Source: a virus
Taxonomy: Duplodnaviria; Caudoviricetes
Length of the DNA: 64,000 nt
Virus record (IMG/VR): IMGVR_UViG_3300021399_000154
Span: 5,547-69,546 of that record
Direction: 5' to 3' (one strand)
Shown: positions 17,877-30,800 of the stretch, piece after piece
Layout: each line of letters opens with the position of its first letter
Numbering within the stretch: the stretch's first letter is position 1
The notes under the pieces: generated by a model
What the model was told of the DNA's origin: nothing
The model's input: the letters and a program-made list of their open reading frames with translations, nothing else
Database searches by the model: none
Made by a program: the position numbers and the translations under genes

Positions 17877-18758
17877 ATGCTTGATCAGTACTTTGGAATA
17901 AAAGAATTGTATTAGGTTGTACTAAAAGCGAAAGCTCCTATGCGATTTGGTTCTAGGTACATTGAAGCAGATGAACCGGTTTTATATTTTGAGAATATAA
18001 ATCTTTCATTATTATCTGAAAAAAGCCAGCCAATTATGGCTCGCGGCGGATGGGCGAACCTCCCACAAGTAGTGTGGGAGGATCGCTCTGAAGTCACTTT
18101 TACTTTATCAGAGGGAATTCTTTCATCTGTTAGTTTAGGAATTTTATTTAATGCGCGTGTCCTAGACAATAAGCATTAGCAAGAGTTATTAGTACGAAGA
18201 AGGGAAGGGCCAATGACATTAGACAATGATCATTGTATGATTTTAAAAGATTGGCCTGTCACATTAGATAAGAAAAAAACATTTATTTATAAATATGCGA
18301 GAGATAGTATACAAGAAAAAGTATATGGCAAACGTATACATGGTAAATTTGATCCGTGGGATAAAACACAAGAACGTCCTTGTATTCAAGTTTATGAAGA
18401 TAAAGCATTAACTGAAGAATCGTTGGCAGATTTAGATGCTGAATATATTATTGAATATTATTATCAGTATCCAACTGAAGCCTTAATTTATCGTATTCAA
18501 AAATAGAGATTTAATGGATTATTCTCTTTAGAAGGTAAATTTTATTCTAAGGATGAAAATGAAGGCATAAATTATACAAATTTAATTTATATGCCGAAGG
18601 TAAGAGTCGTAAGTGATATTGATTTACGCTTGGGAGAAAAGGCTAGTCCAACGATGTCTGTGTTCAATATTATTGGTATGCCCGAGAATATGGGTTCTAA
18701 TAAAGATGGACTTATTTTATAGATTACTAGATTAGATTCAGATATTGATGCTATTTAA
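17877..18758 (+). CDS. Tail-tube-like paralog (293 aa), with TAG read-through
   Basis: Shares FGIKE, A.GG..N and W motifs with the upstream tube gene. Confidence 0.6.
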
Positions 18759-18759
18759 T

Positions 18760-18795
18760 AGCCGTTTCTCTAGGTAGGGAAACGGCTCTTTTTTT
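18760..18795 (+). terminator. Intrinsic terminator
   Basis: AGCCGTTTC...GAAACGGCT followed by a T-run. Confidence 0.8.
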
Positions 18796-18824
18796 ATTAT
18801 GCGGAAAAAGGAGAGTGAATAGAT

Positions 18825-21800
18825 ATGGCCAAAGGAATTTCATTTGATTTAACTACTAGAATTGTTGGCTATCAAGATAGCTTAGCTAAAATGAAACAAG
18901 CGGTAGATCAGATAGATCCTGGTGCGAAAATTAGTAAATCTATCCAAGAAGCATTTAAAACTGCAGAAGATTATGTTAAACGATTAAGTAAGACTCCAAT
19001 CGTTAATATTAAAACTGATGATCAGCTACAGCGTTTAATGCAGAGCTTATAGAATGCAAGTGAATTAATTAATAACGTTAATAATGGGATTCAATCTGCA
19101 TCAACAATAGACTTTAAAGCTCCTGGAATGGATCAAACCATTAAAGATATTAAAGAATTAAATGCACAAATAGAAACTTTGTCTGGTGGCCCAAAATTAA
19201 CTAGTATTTCTTAGAATGCAGAAGTCATTACTCAGACTTTTGCTGATATGGGGAAAAAGATCGAAAATTTAAGCGCCGCACAAGGTTTAGACATATTAAA
19301 TAAAAAGTTAGAAGAAACTTAGAAGCGTAGTGCGGCCGCGCAATCTGCGATGGTACAAGCACAGGCAAAAATGGATAGTTGGAAACCTTCTGCTGATTCA
19401 ACTATGTTTTCTTCAAAATCTGGTGGAGTTGGAACTAAATTATTAAATGAGCTTACTGTTAGTGTAAAACCACATGTAGATATTGATTTTAGTAAGCAGG
19501 GTGGTTTTTCTCCTGAAGCTATAAGTCAATTAAGAGAACAGTTAATGGCTCAATTGCGGTCGCAATTAACCACATAGAAATTATAGGACCCAGAGTTAAA
19601 AGCAAATATTGCTAATGCTTTTGATAATATATTCAATGAAAGCTTAACTGCTAATAATTTAGAATCAAGAGTTGATTAGTTATATAAAACTTTAGGAAGA
19701 GCTTTAAGTACTAAGACAGCTGGAATTAGTAAGTTATTTAATTTTGGAAAAGCTAATACTACACAAGTAGCAGATAATCTAGCTGAGCAATTAAAGGCAT
19801 CAACCATACAAGCCATTCCATACGCTCAACGACTAAAAGAAATTCTTGATAGTCTTGTAAAGCATGGAGCTGCAAGTGAGGCTGATAAGGCTAATATTTT
19901 AGGTAATATTAATACTGGTGAACTTGAAGCAGCACGTCAAGCAATGATTGGGTTGCTAGAGGCTAATAAATAGTTACATACACAGCCTCCTGCTAATTTA
20001 ACCGCAGAATTAAATAAAGCTAAACAAGATTATAGTGATACGACAGCATAGGTTACTCGATTAAAACAAGCAAGAGATGCGATTACAAACAGCCCAGAGT
20101 TTAAGAGTATGGCTGCGGACGTTGAACGCTTAAAAGCTCAGGTAGCTGATTTAACAAAACAATTATAGTAGGCTAGGGCTAAATCTGAACAGCTTGGTAA
20201 GGGTGCGGCAAGTAGTGCCGCTCAAAGTACACAAAATCTTCGATTAACTGCTCAAGAGGCTCAAAGATATTCTCAACAGCTAGAACGAATTAAAGCACAA
20301 GAAAAATTTGTTGGGAAATTAGAAGGTGTTGTTGCTCGTTGGTTTAGTGTTTACGCCGTTGTAAATAAAGTTACTCAAGCAATTAGAAATATGATTTCTA
20401 CTGTCACGTAGCTTGACAAAACAATAACCAATATTGCTATTGTTACTAATATGTCTCAAGGTGATCTATGGGGACAGATGCCACAATATACAGAGATGGC
20501 ACGTGAATATGCTGCCTCAATTGCCGGCGTATATGAAGTTTCACAATTATACTACCAGCAGGGTAAGTTAAATATTTGACTTTTTCAGGAAAATATGATA
20601 TAATATATACATGAGATATAAATTTAAAAGAGGTGTATATATTATGAGAGAAAAAAGAATACAAATTGAAGGACAAGACACTCAATATTTAGTACGAGAT
20701 AACGGGACAATATGGAGTGAAAAGCGTAATAGGGAATTAAAAGGCACAATTAAAAGGAACGAATATCATACAGTTTATTTAACTCATAATGATAAACAGT
20801 ATAATTTTATGGTGCATCGTTTAGTTGCATAGGCTTTTTGTGAAAATCCTCATAATTATACAATAGTTCATCATAAAGATAATAATACTCTTAATAATTG
20901 TGCTGAAAATTTAGAATGGGTTACTACTGAATATAATAATCAATTAGAAAATAAAAGATAGGCGCGAAAGCGAGCGAATTATTAGAAAGCTGATATGACA
21001 AAAGATTGGCGTAAATTATTCTTTGATTAGTAGTATGGAGTTAATTCATCAGGAGAGATAATAAATTTTAAAACTGGTAAATTAATTATTGGTAGTGAAC
21101 GTAATGGATATCGACGATTCCAATTAAATCACCATACATATTCTATTCATAGACTAGTTTATGAAACATTTATTGGCCCAATTCCATCGAATATGTATGT
21201 TGACCATATAGATGGCAATCGTTCTAACAATGATGTTTCTAATTTACGATTAGTAACTCAATCTGAAAATATGTTAAACTCTATGAAAAATGGTCATTCT
21301 GGTCAAATACCAGTTCTTCAATTTGATAAACAAGGAAATTTTATACAAGAATTTTCTACAATACAAGCCGCGGCAAATGCAATGAATGTCACACATGCGG
21401 CAATTAGAAGCGCAATTTGTCGCAACGGGACTTGTAAAGGATATAAATGGAAAAGAAAATAGTAAGCCCTGAAAACTCTTTAATTGCTGGAAACCCCTGA
21501 GAGCCTTTCAGACACGGACCGCACAGTAATGTGCGGTTTTTGTAATACAGGAAAGGATTGGGCAATCAGCAGCCAAGCTTCCTATAAGGAAGAAGGTTCA
21601 ACGACTAAACCATCGTCAAGATGGAGTAAGCGCAAGCGCGCTGAAAGAGGAGTACCTAGGTGAAACAAGGTAAAATATAGTCTGAACTTATGTGAAAGCA
21701 TAAGCTGGGTCATCCCGCCAATAGATTAGCGTCCTATTGGGAACATATTGTTACAAACTGCTGATGTAATGAAGTTAACCGAAGAGACATTAAAATTAGC

Positions 21801-24800
21801 ACGTATTTCTGGACTAGATTATACAGAAGCAACTAACTATATGACGAACGCTGTTCGGTCATTTAAAATGGAAATGACTGATGCTGGGCGTATTACAGAT
21901 ACTTATTCAGCTATTGCCGCATCTTCTGCTACAAGTGTATCTGAACTTGCGCAAGCTATGAGTAAAACGGCATCTTCAGCATAGGCTGTAGGTTCTAGTT
22001 TTGAAAATACAACAGCCATGATGGCTGTTATGATTGAAGCTACTCGTTAGGCACCTGAAAATATCGGTAGTGCTATGAAGTCAATCATTTCACGTTATGG
22101 TTAGTTAAAAGAAAATCCAGCTAAATTAGTAGATAGTTAGGGCGAAGAATTAAGCTTAAATAAAGTCGATAAAGCTTTACAAAGTGTTGGGATTAGTATT
22201 CATGATGCACAAGGGCAATTCCGTGAATTTGATGATGTAATTATGGAGTTAGCGTAGTCTTGGGATACTATTGATACTAATACACAACGTTATATAGCTA
22301 CTGTAATGGCTGGCAACCGTCAGCAATCTCGTTTCTTAGCGCTTGTATCTTCTTATGATCGTTTAAAAGAATTATCCGCAATTGCGGCAGATTCAGAGAA
22401 TACAAGCCAATTACAATATTTAAAAACTTTAGACTCTGTAGAAGCAAAGCAGCAACAATTAGAGACTTCTATGCAGAGTTTGTATATTGATACCGGTATT
22501 GAGCAAAGTTATAAAGCAGGATTAGATTTTGCGAATAACTATATAAAAATGCTTAATAACATGGGCACGGGCACGCAAGGATTTGTTAAGGCTATAAGTC
22601 AGATTGGAGTTACATTCTATAGTATTGCAAATATTGTTACTACAGTATTTGGTATTATTAGAAGTAGAATGCAAGTACAAATACAAGCAACCAGTAAGAT
22701 ATTAGATCTTTAGGCTAAACGGCGAGCAGGCACTATGACAGCGGCAGACGAAGCAGAATATCAAGCTTGGCTACAAATACAACAACGAAAACTTCGAGAT
22801 AGTAAAACTATTAATCAGCAATTAGTACAAGATAATAAAAATAAAAATAATCAAATGATTGCTGATGATCAAGTACAAGCTACTGGAGCACGTGGCAAAT
22901 TAAATCAAGTAGGTAACTGGATAGGAAAGCATAGTGCTGGTGTAAGTATGGGCCTCAACGCAGGTAGTCTAGTTTTATCTACTTTAGCAATGAATACGCA
23001 AAATCAACAAGCACAAGGATGGCTTGGGACAGGTAGCACAACTTTATCCGGCACAGCGCTGGGGTTGCAAATGGGTGGCCTACATGGAGCTGCGATTGGT
23101 GGTATCATTGGTTTAGTTGTAGGCTTATTCCAGAATATAGGCAAAATTGTACAATCAGAAACTGATAAATTAAAAGAGCTACAAGAAAAGGCCGCGGAAG
23201 CAAACAATAAAGCATTAGAGAAGCAAGCTGATACTAAATCTTTAAATCAACAAATTGAAGCTTTAAGAAAATTAGAAGCGGCACGTTATGATAGTGTAGA
23301 AGCAGAAGAAGCTTATTATGAAGCTGCTAATCAGATGGCAGAAAAATATCCTAATTTAATTAAAAGTTTGGATAGTGTTGGAAATGCTACTGTAGATTTA
23401 GAAGCAGCAGAATTAGAGTTAAATAAAGCACGTGCGCAAGGCGTTGAAGCCGCGCGGAATGCTGCGGTTGCAGAATATAAAGCAGCGAAACAGGCTGAAA
23501 AAACCGTTCCATTAGTAGATTTAAATAAGTTAAGAGTGTCTGATTATGGTAATCAGGAACCAAATGCTTTATCATCAAAATAGACTGATCAATTAATATG
23601 GGATAGTCTACACGAGGGAAATATTATTAGCCAAATATATGACGCGATAAGTTTTGATGATGAATCAGAATTGAAAACAATTATTCAAGACGCTAAACAA
23701 AATTGGGAAACTTTAACATAGGAGCAGAAGAAATATATCACATGGGTTGATACACAACTTAATGTATAGGATACTAAAAGAGAACAAGGTTTACGCCAGG
23801 CTTAGTTTAAAACTGCTCAGGCTCGTAGAGCAGGGTTTGCACGAACAATCGGTGCTGAAAATTTATATAAAGGAAGAGAATTTTCTTATTTAGATGAAAT
23901 GGAGTCTGCTGATAGTTTACTAATTACTATGGCAGAAAGAGAGTATCAAACATATCTTGGTGATAAAGAATCAGATTATCAAACCTATGAAGCATTCTTG
24001 AAAGATGAATTACCAGATTTTGTAACTCAAACTAATGATCTTTTATAGGAATTTTGGACAGAAACTCTAAATACTGATGAGTAGCGGAAGGCGTTTAGTC
24101 AAGCGATTAAACAACAACGAGCAATGAATGCTATTCAGATGGATAAATATTTATAGGAAACTTTTGGTTTAAGTGACGATATAAGAAGCACTATTATTGA
24201 AACATTATATGGAAATCAATAGTAGCAAAAAGATGATTTAAAGAAACAAAGAGATGCTTTATAGAAAAGAGGATTTGAAATTACTCGTAATCCTCGTACA
24301 CAAGGTCCTAATAATTTGCAAAGAAGGCTTCGGGGAGAATATGCTGTAACTCCACTTGGGTATATGAGGATGGACTTTTATTAGAATTTAGGACGGCAGG
24401 AACAACAAAGCTTATTAGATTTTTATGATAATATATATAAACAAGTAGACAATAATCAAATAAGTGTAGAAAGAGGTTCTAAAATTTTTTCTAATTATCA
24501 GTCTATTGGTAAAAAATTACAGTCAATTACTGATATTAAATTACGAGAACAAGGTGAAAAAATATTCTATAGCTGGACAGATTGGACAATAACAGGCGTT
24601 CAAGAATTAGGTCGCCAGTTAGAAGAAGTAACAAATGGTCAAATAAAATCAAATGATGCAAGTATTCAAGATCTTGCTAATTCTGTAGTCTTAAATTTAA
24701 ATTCTATTATTCTCCAAATTGAAAATGCTATTTCTAGTACTGTTAAAAATTATGAAGAAGCTATTTCTCAAGCTACCTCTGGTATGAGTACTGATAAGGC

Positions 24801-27800
24801 ATTAGAATTTGCAGCGAAGAATGGGATGCAATTATCTGATTTGTAGTTTAGAGCTGGTAAATGGTATGCAGATAGTACTAAGCTATTAACAGATATGTAT
24901 GAAGATACATTAGCATCATATGATTAGCAATTAACAAGTTTAAATCAATCAACTGCATTTTCATCTACTTTAAGTTTACGCTTTAAAGGACAAAATGCAC
25001 GAAAAGGTTATAAATAGTTACTGAGACGTGGGACTTCTTAGGAAGATGTTTTAGCATATTATTCTGAGCGTACTGGGCTTCAGAAACAAGAATTAGATGT
25101 TTATTTAGATTGGTTAAAAACAAATACTGATCTTGGCTTTTAGGATTGGATTGAGTCACAAAAAGCTAATATTGAAGAAATGTCTGACGCTACTAAATAT
25201 TTTTATGGTAATTCTTTATTACAAGCAGGACATATAGATAAATTTATATAGTTTGCTAATCAATTGACTACACAAACAGATTATGATAATTGGGATGACT
25301 TAGTAGAAGCTTATTCTTCTGGTACATTAGATCCTGCTTTAAATATGTTTGATGAAAGTATTCAAAAATATCTTGAGAATGGCGCGCAAGCAGTTTATGA
25401 TGCAGCAACTTATATTCGGAATGGCGGTTAGGGTACTCGTAAGGTTACTGTTACTGAAAATAATAAAGATATATTAAAACAATTATTTAACTTAAGCGAT
25501 GATCAATTAGTTGCTGGGCAAAAAGTTGAACTTAATCGTAATAATTTTAAGAAAGGTGGTATTGATTAGTTTAGACAATGGATAGCTGATAATGCCGCAA
25601 CAATGACTGAAAATGAATTAAACGCAGCCATTAAATTTTTAAGCGATTGGTCTAATGATACTCAGATTGACTTAAAGACTTGGGAATCTATTGTAGATTC
25701 TTTTGAAGATGGATTAAATGAATCTGAGTGGGGCAAATTACCTGCTAAAATTCGTGATACACTATTTAAATATGATTCAGCGAAGAAGAAATGGATGCTT
25801 AAGTAGAAATATAGTGTAAACGCACTATTAAGTATGTCAGATAAAGATTTAGAAGGCTTAGGTGTCCAAACATAGGATTTAGAAGAATTTAGAGCGTATC
25901 TTCAAACTACAAAAAGTAAACAGAATAAGCAGAATCTTTTTAAGTCTATTGCAAAAAATCATGATAAATTAGGTACAACAGAGATAACTCAATTACAAGA
26001 AGAATTTGGCCTTACATATCAATAGCTTGCGAAATATTTATAGGATAATGGTGATGGTACTTTTTCAATTGATTTAAATTCATTAATGAATTTAGTACAA
26101 CAAAAAGGAAATCAATTATCATTATCTACTATTAATTATTGTAAATCTATTATTGAACAAGATTTTAATTCTGTGATGGATTTATTCTCACAAAATAGTA
26201 CTGGTTATAAGTCACGAAATGACATGCAACCATTATTAAGATAGATAAAAAAATCACCATTTTTTAGATTTAAATCTGATGATATATTGACAACATATAA
26301 TTAGGATTTACATGCTTGGCAATTGAGTAATGAAGGTATTCGGGGCATGATTCTTGCCGCGAGGAATGAGATTTCTACTGCAAAAGGCCCACAAAAATAG
26401 GCACTACAAGATAAGCTTCTAAATGATTTATTACAACTTAAAGAGTATCAAAAATTTGCATAGCAAGCAATTGAGCTTGGCATGGTAAATGAAGGTGTTA
26501 AGAAAGAGGATATTGTAAGATATATTAAAGGCCAAGATTGGGAACAACTTAGTTAGATTGGTTTAGGTACATATATTGATGAATTAAGAGATCAAGCAGT
26601 AGTAGCCAAAGATGTTGTCGCAGAAAAATTAATTGAAGCAGCGTCTGACAGTACTCATTAGGTTCATATTAAAAAGACAGATTTACCAGATTTAAATTTA
26701 GATGAGTATAAAGGTATTGTTACCGAACTTGGCAATGAATATATAGTTACGGCAAGTGAAGCTAATTTAGAATAGGGGCTACGTTTATTAAAAACATATT
26801 ATGAGGGTCAAGGTCTTAGTAAACCAGAAATTGCATCTAAGTTACAAGAATTTAGGAATCAAGTAGTAACAAGTCAAGATGTCATTGCTCTTTCGGTTAT
26901 AGGTCAAATTAGTGATGCTGCGGGTGGCATGAGTAGATAGACTGCTGAATTATTAAATTAGACCTATAAATTATATAACGGAAAAAATAATTTAACTGAA
27001 TGGGACCCTATTCTTTAGACTTATGTATTTGTAGGGTAGTAGCTAGTTAATTTCTTTGATATTTTAGGAGCTAATAATATTGAAGGAGCTAGCGCATCTC
27101 TCCATAATGTAAATCAAAAACTTTTAGAATCTGGTCAAATTGATACTTTTTTACAAAGGATTGGATGGGGCGGTTCAAGCGCGAAGCTATTTACCCAATA
27201 TCGTAATGGTACTTTAGATTATAGCCAATTTGGAGAATATGCCAATAGTTTATATACTTTCTTACAAGACAGTACTAATTCTACTATTGATAATTTTTCA
27301 AAATTATTAAATGGGGAACAAACGCAATATACATTTGAAGTAAATGATTCTAATCGTGCACTTTTAATGGAGCTTACTGGAAAAACTTCTACTGAATTAG
27401 GCAAATATTTTACAATGACTGCAGAATAGGCAGCTGAATCCTGGGATAAGCTTATTAACAATATTGCTAATGATCCTAACAAATCACCTCAACAAAAACG
27501 TAAAGAAATTGCTGCTCTTTGGAATGAACGTTTTAATGATCGCGCTTATGATGCAGTGCAAAAAGCAATTGAATCTACTGATGATATTGATATTTCTACT
27601 TGGATGTTATTACCAGAAAGCTTTAAAAACTTAAGAACACTTAATGATAAAGCTGGTACTTTCAGTCTAAACATTTATGGTATTACGGATGATATGTTAC
27701 GCGAGGTTTCAGCTAATGATAAAGAATATAATGAGTTAAAAGCGAAGCTTGAATAGCAACGTAATAAAGTTAATCCATCTATAATATTTGCTGATTTAAT

Positions 27801-30800
27801 TAAAAATAGAGATAGTTTAAGTACAGAAAATGTTGCTTCTATTGCTAATGGTTTATAGATGACCTATGATCAAGTTATTGAATGGCTTCATGCTTCTAAA
27901 AATGATGATGGAACCTATCGTGTTGATATTAGTCGTATTAGCGAATTAATGCGCGAAAAAGGCTATGAACTTACTGATGAGATGTAGCAAATGATTGCTG
28001 ATTCTCTTCAAGAAAGTGTATAGCAGGCTCAAAACGCAGTCAAAGGATTAACTGAAGGTTATACCAATGTTGGTGAAATGCAAAAGCTGATGAATCAGTT
28101 AGAGCAAGCTGGCATGGGGTTATCTTTTGATTAGTTATTTACTTTTGATGAAAGTTTAGGCGCGTATTTTATTTCTGCTTAGGGCTTATTCAGACAATTA
28201 GTTCTCGCTCGGCAGCAATTAGAAGGTGGCACTGCATAGCAACAAGCTGCTGCTCAACAATTAATTAATGATGTTGATCGGCAGTTAAAATAGAGTATAG
28301 ATATTAGTAATTTAATATCAGCTAGTACGATTGATAAAGAAACATCAGATAACTTTAGCCGTGCTGTAGCAAATTATAATACCTATTTACTCGCGATGGG
28401 CAAAGAAACTCAATATAATGCCACTGCATTACAAGCGGCATTATTATAGGGCGGACAAGTAGGCATTGAAGCTGCGAAAGTAATCGCTGAGATTACAGGA
28501 AAAGAACTATCTGCAGAAGATATAACAACATTATATAAAAAGCCTGCTGAAAGAATGCGGGCAGCAATGGAGCAACTTACAGCAGAGCCTGGAGCCATCA
28601 TAGATGAGACTACTGCAAAATTAATTGAAATTGGTGGTGGCACTTACGAGCTAAAAGATGGAGTTTATAGAGTTACTAAATCTGCTACTGATTTATTCGC
28701 AGCATATGGCGCTCTATATAATAGTCTAGAAGCAACTGGTCAGGCAACTATTGAAGAATTAAATAATATTGTCGCAAAAGCATATGAATCTCGTGAGCAA
28801 GCTGATGTAACTTCCATGATGTCTGGCTTAACAGATATGACTTATTCTACATTAGCAAATATATTCACCGCTGCAGGGCAAAGGATGACTCCAGAATACC
28901 TAAATGTATTATAGCAAAATGGTGTTCTACAAAAACTTGGCGCTGGAAAAATTCGTGTCTCTGATTTTTCACAGTTTGCGGCACAATTAGGCATTGATCC
29001 TACTTCTGAAGCTTATATTTCTGCATTCCGTACTTATAATGATGAAATGATTAAAATTAATCAATAGGTTAGTACAAATATTAAGAATGCAGCAAATGAA
29101 GTATTAGGAGCACAAATTGGTTCCTAGATTAATTTAACTGATATGTATGCTCGGCTAGATTATGATGGAAAGCAAGCTTTAATTGAAACTTTACATACAT
29201 ACGGGGCAACATTAAAAGATGGTATTCTTACCATTGGAGATACAGCTCATTTACCAGAAATTTATGGTGAAATTGTGTCTCTTGGTGCAGAAGTTGGTGC
29301 TTTAACTGAAGCTGATATTCATGAGATGAATAAGAATATCTTAAAATATCATCGTGAACATGATCCAAATGCACGGATATCCCAAATTCTTTCTGAAATG
29401 GATAAGAGTACGGAAGATACTATTGAGATGGTTGCTGAGGTTTTAGGGACAACTTTTGATCAGGCCGCATTATTTTTTACTTAGGGTGAAAATGGTTATT
29501 ATAAATTAGATCATAAAGCATTTGTATAGGCATTATAGCAAACTCCAGAAGTTTGGGAGAAACTATCATTGGCTAATAAGCAAGCAATTGAGAATATCAC
29601 TAATACTCAAATTGATGCTGCTATTAGCATGTTAGATAGTGTAACTTCTCAAAATTATACTAGTATGGAAGATATGCGTACAGTTGTTAATAAACTAAAT
29701 TAGTTAGGAACTGATGGTGGATATTAGCTTACTGTTGACGCAATTTTTGATTTTGATGAAGCGCTTAATAGTTGGAGACTAAATGTATATGGAATTGAAG
29801 TTTAGGTCGCGGCGGCATTAGCAGAATTAAAAGCGACAGGAGCTTCTTAGAAGCAAATACAAGGTTTCCAACAACGTACTTTACAAACTTTTGCTAGAAA
29901 TATTGATGTAATGGGATACATCAATTCCGCTGATAAAGGTATTGATGGAGAAGCTCTCAGGCAGGCAATTGAATAGTATAATGCGGCGGCACGGGCATTT
30001 GATGACCAATTAGGAATTAATGCAGATGTTCTGATTGATGCTTTAAATGCGGGCGGCATAGATGCTATGAACGCTCTTACAATACTATCTATACATACTG
30101 GCCAAAAATTCTCTTCAGCAGATTATCTCGCAGCATATCAAGCGGGGACAGAGAAATTTACTGAGGCTTTTGATTCTTTACATTTAAGTATAGGTGAAAT
30201 TATTTCTGATGAAGCCGCGGAAGTTTTAGGGCTATCTAGTGAAGTAACTAGAATTGAAGGAACTGGGCACTCTTTAATTACTAATACAGTAGACTTAATT
30301 AATAGTTATGACAGATTAATAGCACAATTAGCAAATGATCCTCGCACTACTTTAGCTCAATTCAATGAAGCAGTTGTTGGTAAATATGAAGCAGAAGCTA
30401 CTAGTGAACGTACTTTAGCGAGTATTTCTAATGGCATGTTAGATATGAATAGCTTTAAAGAACGTATGACTCAACTTGGGTATCGAGTTAATGATGTTAT
30501 ACAGGCTGCGATGAATGCTGGTATTGCAAATATTGATAAGGCTTCTGGTAATATTAAGATTTTAGATTTTGATAGATTTGCAACTGAAGTTTTACAAATT
30601 TCTATTTGGGATGAAGATGGCCGTTATACACAAGCTTATTTAGATGCCAAAAAAGCTTGGAATGATGCAGTTATCGCAGATATTACTAAAACTAGCGATG
30701 CTATTTAGAGTGAATTAAATAATCTTAGTAATGCACAAGCTGGTGACTATGTTAATATTAGTACAATATGGAATTCAATTGCTCAAACAGAGCAGGGTGG

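Larger units (their letters stand above)
20565..21750 (+). ncRNA. Group I intron in the tape measure gene
   Basis: Exon CAGGGU pairs with IGS GCCCTG (21466-21471); P 21482, Q 21564, R 21595, S 21673; terminal G at 21750; splicing gives YYQQG|LQTADVM. Confidence 0.9.
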
